This document shows positions 55,754 to 64,000 of a stretch of DNA of 64,000 nucleotides, in pieces. This stretch comes from Squalus acanthias. Lineage: Eukaryota. The position numbers were made by a program, and so were the translations under genes. The notes under the pieces were generated by a model. The model saw only the letters and a list, made by a program, of their open reading frames with translations. It was not told the origin of the DNA and searched no databases. The stretch spans positions 17,050,001 to 17,114,000 of the forward strand of contig CM059452.1 of NCBI GenBank assembly GCA_030390025.1, written 5' to 3'. Position 1 is the stretch's first letter. Each line of letters starts with the position of its first letter.

Positions 55754-56189
55754 TTTCAAATAAAACTGTTGGACTATAACCTGGTGTTGTGCGACCTCTC
55801 AATTTTGTCCACCACAGTCCAACACCGGCATCTCCGCATCCTTGTGTTCTGCCATGGAGATAGATCCGCTATGTCAACTCCAGACAGCTCAGAGTCAGAT
55901 AAAGGCTTTTATCGGGTTAGTGATGATGGAGGACATTCCGACCACCCGCCCCATTACTTGAAAGGCACTCAGTCAGATGGACATTGCCCTTTCAACCAGC
56001 AGGGATCCATATTCGCATTGGTCGTGTCGCTGGTATACAGAGGTTGAATGATGTAATTGTTCAGGTTAGGCAGCTGAAGCCTCAATGCGAAGTAACTAAA
56101 TTCACAGATGACATCAAGCTAGGAGAATTATGGAATTCGCTTATGCAGACAAAATATTAAATAGAGAGCTCTCCACGGTATGCACCTAA

Positions 56190-57320
56190 TACATAGAAAT
56201 ATCTAGACGTTATAACAAGGAATCAGACCTTTAGACCCAACCAGTCAGTGTCGGCGTTTACCCTCCACACAAGCAAACAGTTCTAATCACATTTACCCGC
56301 CTTTATCCACAGCCCTTCAACCCCTTTCCTACATCCACCTCTCCAATCTAATTGTGATTGTTGATACAGTTTCTGCCCCAACCACTAAACCTGGAAGTGA
56401 ATTCCGCAGCCTCATAACTCTCTTTGTGAAGAAGTTTCTCCTGATTGCTGTTCTAATTCTCTGACATTTAATCTTGTATCTAAGTACCCTAAGAGCCCTT
56501 CGGCATTGAAAAGAGCCTGATTATATCTACCCCGTCCCATCTTTCATAATTTTAAACATTTCTATTTTATTGACCCATAATCTAAGTTATCAGAACGAAA
56601 ATTGAGCAATTTTCGCATCTTTCTTCATATTTATATTTCATCATACCAGGCAGCATTCTAGTGATCTGTGTTCTACAATCTTTAAATCCTCAATATCCAT
56701 ATTACAGCGAGGAGCCGAATACCGCACACAGTACTCTAACTGAAGTATTATTCTTACCATTACCTCTTGTTTTTATATTCTATATCTCTTATGATAAAAC
56801 CTGGAATCCCATTAGCTTTTTTTACAGCCTGATCAAGCTGCGGTGCTGCCTCACTCTTCTCTTCCACAGCACCGAGCCTACTTCCATTCAGAGAATCATT
56901 ACTATTCCTTTTACAAAAATGCATCAACTCATACTTGCTGATGTTGAATTCCATCTGCCACTTTTCAGCTCATTCCTCCATTGTATCAATCTCACTTTGC
57001 AGCTTCCGTTGGTCTTCCCAATAATTACCTCTGCCTCTTATTTTGGTAAAATGTTCAAATTTCGAAACACTCTCTTTAGGCCCAGACCCAAATCATTGAT
57101 ATACGCGGGGAACAAAGTAATCCCCAGAACTGATTCCTGTGGGATGTCTCTACCCACTCCCAACCGCTCTCAAAATAATGAGTTTTCCGTTTTCTCTCTT
57201 CTAATCTCTATTAAACCTGTGTGCTCACCTCTCCTTAATTCTGTACTCATTATCCGTTATTTAATGTCTGCTGTAGTAACTTGTCAAAGACTTTCTTAAG
57301 ATCCAGTTACATTACAAATT
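56190..57320 (-). mobile_element. Old CR1 LINE fragment
   Basis: MEFNISKYELMHF, KKANGIPGFIIRDIEYKNK; 3' tail near 56190-56260. Confidence 0.85.
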
Positions 57321-57749
57321 AGATTACTAAAGATCGAGAGAACACAGCACAAACCAAACTGCAGGTCTGTTTCTATTAACGGGGCCGGTGCCAAGCTGGG
57401 GGTCCGTGGTTACCACGGGCGGTCGCTCGGTTTGTCACAGTAAAGGAATTAGAGGTCCAGTATTAATTATTTGAGTGAACGCTTTTTGTGGCGTTCGCTG
57501 TGTCAATCTGGCATATAAGCGCGGAAATTTTTATTAATATAGCATTAAAGTATCGCCAAATTATTAACTAGGAATTTATGGAAACACAATCAGTGTGGAT
57601 GCAAACAAACCAAACACAGTTACCGTGAAGCGTGTTCTCCAGATCTCCACTGATCTGTTCATGTTAATTGGTGCAGATGTCACCATTGTGACGATGGATA
57701 TCGGAGACACAATGCAGCCCCTCACAGCCCGTGAGCTATACTCACTGCT

Positions 57750-57803
57750 ATTGGTCCCTCACTCCGCCCCATGCAAATGAGCCCAGTCTCTCGAGGCTTA
57801 TAA
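57750..57803 (+). promoter_or_regulatory. IgNAR V promoter: inverted CCAAT, GC box, octamer, TATA
   Basis: ATTGG 57750-57754, CCGCCC 57764-57769, perfect ATGCAAAT 57771-57778, TATAA 57799-57803, ~95 bp upstream of the leader ATG. Confidence 0.85.
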
Positions 57804-57896
57804 GGTCGGTGCTCAGACACACACGGTTACACAGAGCAGTCGGTGTTGGGTCTGGAGTTCGCTCTGTTTAAAGTGCTCCCTGCTGGTGAAGAAACA

Positions 57897-57939
57897 ATGC
57901 ATATTTTCTGGGTTTCGGTCCTTTTAGCCTGGTTACCAA
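57897..57939 (+). CDS. IgNAR: IgNAR leader exon
   Basis: MHIFWVSVLLAWLP + phase-1 donor A|GTAAGT at 57940; typical IgNAR signal peptide (SVLLAWLP). Confidence 0.95.
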
Positions 57940-58079
57940 GTAAGTGTTGTTTAATAAAGAGATTAAATGTTAATTGGATAAAATTGTGCGGCAGCGTCTA
58001 CATTGCGGAAATTGCCCTGCCTTTAAACTCTCGTATTGTTTCAGATACGCGATGTATTAAATATATTTTCTCCATTCAG

Positions 58080-58353
58080 ATGCCTTCGGTACAAGAGTAG
58101 ACCAAACACCAAGAACGGCAACGAAAGAGACAGGAGAATCCCTGACCATCAACTGCGTCCTAACTGATACCAGCTATGGTTTGTACAGCACATCCTGGTT
58201 CCGGAAAAATCCGGGTACAACAGACTGGGAACGCATGTCGATTGGCGGCCGATATGTCGAATCAGTCAACAAGGGAGCAAAGTCATTTTCTCTGCGAATC
58301 AAGGACCTAACAGTTGCAGACAGTGCCACGTATTATTGCAAAGCTCAAAGCTG
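58080..58353 (+). CDS. IgNAR: IgNAR V segment (germline, type IV/IIb, no non-canonical Cys)
   Basis: Acceptor TTCAG| at 58079; open frame (N)[90 protein letters not shown]; short VNAR domain with no CDR2. Confidence 0.98.
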
Positions 58354-58392
58354 CACAGCAGTGGAGGAGGCGGTCCCTGCAATACACAAACT
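58354..58392 (+). other. V 3' RSS, 23-bp spacer
   Basis: CACAGCA - 23 nt - ACACAAACT. Confidence 0.93.
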
Positions 58393-58581
58393 ATCAGCAC
58401 ACTTTGTTACAAGAACAAGGGCACTATTTATCTTTTACTTAATCATGAAGAGAAGATCCTGAGTATTTTGGAGGGATAACACTCTTGGTTATAAAAGAAA
58501 CCCTGACAAGAAGTATTGAGGTAGGAATCTGGTTTGCAGTAAGTGCCTCGACCTGAGGCTCTCGCACTAATGCACATGGGA

Positions 58582-58661
58582 CCTTTTTGTACTGGTCTCT
58601 GTGACTGTGTGGCAATCAGATACCACAGTGATGAATCTTGGATTCCCGTAATACATAAACT
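58582..58661 (+). other. IgNAR: IgNAR D1 (58610-58623, TGGCAATCAGATAC) with 12-RSS 5' and 22-RSS 3'
   Basis: CCTTTTTGT-12-GACTGTG [D1] CACAGTG-22-ACATAAACT. Confidence 0.93.
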
Positions 58662-58987
58662 GTCCCCACACCTCTTAATACAAAGTTAATACAGGTTATT
58701 CTCTCGGTGGCTAATAACCTCACGGTTAAATGCTCATTGTCTCTGTCAGACACTGGCTGACATATTAAAGCCTTTTCTCTATTAATTTCCGTGATATTTC
58801 TATCAATATTACGGTCATATTTATAATGGAACATTGATATTTCTCCAGGACTTTTATGAATGGCTGGGAATTATAACCGTCTACGGGGATCCCAATATAA
58901 AGGCAATGATTTGAATCATATTTACTGCAATTTTCAATCAATATCTTGGAATATCTGAAGGATTTTCTGTGATGTTTGCAACAATGG

Positions 58988-59055
58988 AGTTCTTGTGCTG
59001 GTGTGAAATGATGTGTATACTGGGTGACACAGTGACTCGGGCCATAGCACAAACC
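58988..59055 (+). other. IgNAR: IgNAR D2 (59016-59027, TATACTGGGTGA) with 12/12 RSSs
   Basis: AGTTCTTGT-12-TGATGTG [D2] CACAGTG-12-GCACAAACC. Confidence 0.9.
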
Positions 59056-59366
59056 TCTCCAACAGTTATCTGTTATCCTACTCATGGAGGTGGCTGCATA
59101 ATGTGCTTCTTGCTCATGGATGTTACTGCATAGAGCTTGAAATCAATTCCAGTTCGACCTTTGGTTGAAATCGATCCGCATTCCCTGATGTTAAATCAGT
59201 GGATTATCTTCTTCAGTGTTACAGGAGTTCGCATTGCAAATATTGAATGTCTGGTGGAGAGAAACTGACGGAAAATGAAGATTTACCAATGACTCCAATA
59301 TATCTGGAAGGTCCGAGGAGCGGTGATGATTTGTTGTATTAATTACCGGACCTTTGCTTCAATGAC

Positions 59367-59405
59367 CCTTTTTGAACTGGGCTGACTGGGAGCTGACTGA
59401 CTGTG
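59367..59405 (-). other. J 5' RSS, 23-bp spacer
   Basis: CCTTTTTGA - 23 nt - GACTGTG. Confidence 0.92.
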
Positions 59406-59446
59406 TTACTATGACGGAGCTGGCACCGTGCTGACTGTGAACTCTG
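59406..59446 (+). CDS. IgNAR: IgNAR J segment
   Basis: YYDGAGTVLTVNS followed by phase-1 donor G|GTAAGT at 59447. Confidence 0.97.
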
Positions 59447-60208
59447 GTAAGTGACCTCTCTTGCTGCTTTATTGATAAGATTTTGATGCTAGAATTTGAA
59501 AAGAATCAGTGTTGTCGTTAAAATGGCCTGAAGCGCAAAATGCAATAGCCGAAGCTCTTTTTGAAGACTCGGTTAGGTTCACTGTCAATTTATTTGGCAT
59601 AAACTTAAAAATGGTTTTCAAAAGAGATTTTGCCCGTCAATAAAATAAACCTGTATTTAAATATATAACTTCCGTCCAAACAAACCCGTATTTAAATATA
59701 AAACTTACCTGTCATGCATTATTTAAGATGCTTATTTGAATAGATTGTGATAGTTTAAATAGTTTAAACGGAACCAGCCCAGTAAAGTTACTCCTTACTG
59801 AGGTGTCCCAGTACATCTTTGATATACAGTATATCTGATTCGAAGAATTAAAACAATTATTGGAACAGGAACATTTGCTGCAAACAAGGAATGAATACAA
59901 CGTGTAATTTTATAAAATGTTCCCTTGGAAAATCACCCCTCTATATAAAACAATGACTACTAAATTAATATCGGCACAGATCCTGCAAATATGTTGTCAC
60001 TTCGAATCGTGTCATTTGTTGGTCGGGATTAATGGCGCACACTTCAGTGACCGAGCTGTAACTCTGAGGAAGCTCTTTACATGAAAGCCAGTCCCCGAGA
60101 CATCCGTATTTGAGCTTATCGACGCGTTCTGTGCGTAAGATTAAGCGAGCAGCAGAGAACTTTGAAACTACAGTGGGTTTCAGTGTAATAAGTGGGCTCT
60201 GTTTTAGT

Positions 60209-60678
60209 GTCAGCTGTGGCTCAGTTTGTACCACTCTCGCCTCTGAGTCAGAAGGTTGTGGGTTCAGAGTCCCACTCCAGAGACTTGAGCACGATAAATG
60301 CAGGCTGACACTCCAGTACAGTGTTGAGGGAGCGCTGCACTTTCGGAGGTGCCGTCTTTTGGATGCGACGTTAAACTGAGGCCCCGTCTTCTCTCTCAGA
60401 TAGATGTTAATAGATCCCATGGCATTATTTCGAGAGAAGATCAGGGGAGTTACCCCCGGTGTCTTGGCCAATATTTATCCCTCCATCAACATCATATAAA
60501 CAGATTATCTGGTCATTATCACATTGCTGTTTGTGGGAGCTTGCTGAGCGCAAATTGCCTGCTGCGTTAAGTACATTACATCAGTGCCTACACTCTAAAT
60601 GTACTTCACTGGCTGTAAAGCGCTTTGGTACATCCGGTGTTCTTGAAAGGCGCTATATAAATGCAAGCATTTCTTTTT
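60209..60678 (+). mobile_element. Full-length tRNA-headed Deu-domain SINE (SacSINE1-like) in the J-C intron
   Basis: A-box-like TGGCTCAGTTTG, B-box-like GGTTCAGAGTCCC, Deu core GAGGTGCCGTCTTTTGGATG...GATCCCATGGCA...CCCCGGTGTC, tail GGCGCTATATAAATGCAAG. Confidence 0.9.
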
Positions 60679-62879
60679 AATGTGTATGCATAGAAATGAA
60701 GTAAGTGTTATTCAATGCTTCGAGGAGAACAGTGAAGTCTCTGACTCACTGTTTATACTATTTACGGGACGTTTACTTATTTTAGTTGAAAAAGCAATCA
60801 GTTTATTTAGAGCCTGAGTCTGGGTCTGATAGACTGTAAATTCAGTCAGCGTTTCGAGGAGAGGAGAATCCCGAAGCTGATGTGCAGAGTCAGGATTTGT
60901 TGTTGCCATCCCATGGTCTAGCTATCGCGTGCCTGGAGATTGGACCGGTTAAACTTCGGTACAGATGATCGGAGTGGGTCCACGGACATGGGTAGCAATC
61001 GGACACGGAATCCGGTAAAATATATACCGTCAAATTCCTAAAACGTGACAAAACGTTAAAATCGATCTGCACCATCCCACCAAATAGTTCCAGGTCATGT
61101 GAAGCTGCTCCACACTCCCTCCGCAGGAGAAGATACACCGCGAATATTACAGGACGAAAGATCAGCTGATCAGAATGGCCCCTGAACTGAGAAAGTGTCT
61201 GGTGTAGAACCCCCAAACTGTGGCAGTCAGTAACATGAGAAGAACAGTGTCTTTGAAGGGGGCGGTGGGATACAGATTGGACTAGAAACATTGCTGAGGT
61301 TCAGGGTTTCCTCGCAGAGACAGAACACGTCACTGAGCGAAAGGAAACACGTTCTAAGAAGGCGAGAAAGGCCAATTGGTTCCGTTACACGGTTCCATGG
61401 GGATTGTTCCACCATGGAATTCCCTCCTCAAACAACTAGGACACTCCAGTTTAAACAGCGCTAAAACTGGCACATTTCCCGCGTGATATTACAGGGCCAA
61501 CCGCTTTACTCTATCCGCTACATTAGCCCAGACCTTAACTGTTCTATTTAAAATGGGTTCACCGCTCTAGTAGAACAGTGAACTGAGGAGAGTCAAGCGT
61601 TAAGCCTGGCTCCCTGAGATGGGCAACGGTGATGTTAGAGCTAATTTCCTTCCTTGCCTCCTCTGACTGAACACAACGAGTGAAGCAATGGTATTAATGT
61701 TTCTGTCAATGGTATTCACAGTCCCACTATCATAGGGTAATCATTTTATATAATCTTCCAATTTGCCCAAGGATTGGAATATAGTGCCTGTATTTATAGT
61801 CGTTGTCCAGCTTCATGACGTGTTTACTTCCACCTCGCTATTTCATTACTTCTTCTGTCATTGTTTTAAAGACCTGTTTCATTGTCTTCACTCAGCCTTT
61901 TGTAAAACTTCATCAGTTGTAATTTAAGATTCATCTCCTTTTCTCTGAAGTTTCCATTTTTTCAGCAGCCATTATTTCCCAGGCTCTTGTACGGACCAGC
62001 CCAATCCTGCCTATGTTCAGTTCCTTGCATATTTGAAGTGTATCTGTTTGTTTGTACATTTCACTTTAACACATTCAGGACTAGAAACCCCTCTAGCCCA
62101 CAGCACATATGGCGAATTCCGTCCGATGCTTCGGAGCAATTTCCCATCTCTTCAGTTTGCTGGTTGGCAGATTGTGAGCAGCACATTCCCCAATGCTGTA
62201 GTGTCATTTTATTAAACTAGCCCCAGCCTTGTGATCTTCCACCGAAACCATTGTGTTCTGTATCTCACTGTGCTTCTTTCAAACGAACGGGAGACGGCGC
62301 ACTCCCAGCCCTGGTTTTCAGTCCATTGACATTTATAGGGCTGGGTTTGTACAATTTCCAGATATGTGTTCCTCATCTGTGCTGGAAATGCAGAATGGTA
62401 AATCTTGCCCTATACTTAATTTATTTATCGCCTGTAACATCCTTAAGCAGATTCCATCTTTTCCCGTTGAGCTTTGAGCAAAGTTTCACAATTTATTTTC
62501 ACTGTAACGTTCCCGATAGCTTCAGAATTTGTTTTTTGTACAATGTGTTTAGACCCGCATTGTTGTTCCTTGCCCTCACAATTGAGAGAAATCTCGAATC
62601 CAACAATAATTATTCAGCATAGTTCAAGTTACAAAGCAGTTCCTCAAGTCAGTAAGAATGACTTGTATTTATACCGCGCGCCTTTAACTTAACTTGGGGC
62701 GGGGGATTCAGGTCTAAAGAAGTAGGAAGGAGAGAGGTGAAGACAAGACCACGAATTTTAAACTTACGGCATTCGGATGAAATAAAGATCAGCGCGGTCG
62801 GGGCTGGTGGTCCATTGGAACTTGGTGTAGATGGGATCGTGGTATCAGAGATTTGGATAAACTGATGTTTCTGCATGGC

Positions 62880-63120
62880 GGGAGATGTAAAAATGGCAAG
62901 TAGAGCATTGCAGGAACCAAAGGAGCGTATAAATAAAACAAATGCAGTGGATGTTGTGTATATTGATTTTCAAAAGGCGGTTGATACAATGCCAGATAAC
63001 GGGTTTGTTGCTAAAGTAAAGGTGCGTATTATTGAAGAGAGGATAGAAACTTGGGGAAGAGCTTCACTGAAGGACATAAAGCAGGGGACAGTGGTTAATA
63101 ATGTAAAATCGCATGTCTGA
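62880..63120 (+). mobile_element. CR1 RT fragment
   Basis: AVDVVYIDFQKAVDTMP motif. Confidence 0.8.
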
Positions 63121-64000
63121 GGGTTTCAGTTGCAATGGGGTTGAAGTAGGATTGCAGGCGGGTGATGTTACGGAGGCTGATGTGGACAATCATTGCGATG
63201 GAATTATATGGGGTGAAAGGATATGAGGCTCCATTATGAAGCTCATGCAGAGGCTGCGAAGTGTTTGCTTGTGACTGAGACTGTTGCCAGAGAGGCGGGT
63301 AGAATTAGTGGTCCGGGAACAGAGTTTGCGACAGGGATAAATATTAAAGGTAAAGCTAGCATATGCTATATGCTTTGATAGCCTGTCACATATATAGTGA
63401 GAAGAAAAAATCACTGATTACGAAAATAAATATATTTGCATTTGCAGCCTTGTTCTCAAATTGTCCCTGGTGTAATCACTGAGCCCTTCGGATGTGGCAT
63501 TAGATTAATAATTTGCAATTTTCTAATGCTTTCCTCATTTGGCAGAGAGTTCTCCATGCGATTTCTTACTTAGCGCTGATGAGCAATTCATAAAGTGCTT
63601 TGTTTATCACAGTCACTTCTCTCCCTATTTGTTTATTCTTAACCATCCTGCTGCAATATGCACACCTTGAATCATTGTCATGTCATTCTATGTGAATTAA
63701 ACCACTTCTTCAGTAGGATCACTGCCTGCAAACTTGTGATGGCCGAATGTTACATGTGAGGACTGCAAAAATCTAACCTTTAGTATTGCACAAAGAGATT
63801 CCTGAAATGTTGAGGAGGTTATTGGGAAGTTGTGGAAGGTTATGGAGAGTATTATTGTGAAGTCCCTTGGATAAGTAGAAACACTAAGAGGAGAGTTAAA
63901 AAGTGGCACGTGAGAAATCTAAAGATAAGATTAGATTAAAGATGAAGAACGGAATCTTCTTCAGGAAGATGAATGAATGAAGGAGATGCTAACCAACGAC

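Larger units (their letters stand above)
55520..55838. mobile_element. Penelope-like (PLE) non-autonomous insertion: inverted 95-bp arms around a captured 96-bp spacer, 12-bp TSD
   Basis: 55520-55614 is the reverse complement of 55711-55805 (1 mismatch); TSD TCCTTGTGTTCT at 55508-55519 and 55839-55850; the right arm extends 33 nt further. Confidence 0.88.

Noticed and set aside
55883-55899. Isolated 17-bp match to the 67-bp satellite (GACAGCTCAGAGTCAGA)
   Set aside because: No flanking similarity; too short to call a monomer or progenitor
58038-58044. Alternative acceptor GTTTCAG upstream of the V exon
   Set aside because: Would add 35 nt and frameshift the V
58181-58462. ORF-track 93-aa protein as the gene
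   Set aside because: Starts at an internal TTG of the V exon and reads through the RSS; the real gene uses the spliced leader and V(D)J joining
58662-59366. A third D segment
   Set aside because: No additional heptamer pair with correctly spaced nonamers found by eye apart from D2
59447-64000. IgNAR constant exons
   Set aside because: No C1-set Ig domain pattern seen in any plus frame; presumably downstream of the window

Overview
Eukaryotic, cartilaginous-fish (shark) genomic DNA; the VNAR sequence points to a spiny-dogfish/Squalus-like species. Layout: a 46-bp minisatellite derived from a CR1 LINE 3' end (1-840); a C2H2 zinc-finger pseudogene (about 1.2-1.7 kb); an extended CTCF motif; a 27-kb array of a 67-bp satellite interrupted by a CR1 LINE; an 8-kb array of a G4-prone 37-bp satellite; then about 19 kb of nested CR1 LINEs, HE1 and Deu-domain SINEs and a probable 3' LTR. 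At 55.5-55.85 kb a Penelope-like insertion with a 12-bp TSD has two inverted hammerhead-ribozyme arms enclosing a 96-bp copy of DNA lying 957 bp away. At 57.8-59.45 kb is an intact, unrearranged germline IgNAR cluster (octamer/TATA promoter, leader, type IV V, only TWO D segments, J, all RSSs). The IgNAR constant exons are not in the window. Almost all ORFs in the supplied track are translations of repeats or retroelements. Boundaries of degraded mobile elements are approximate.
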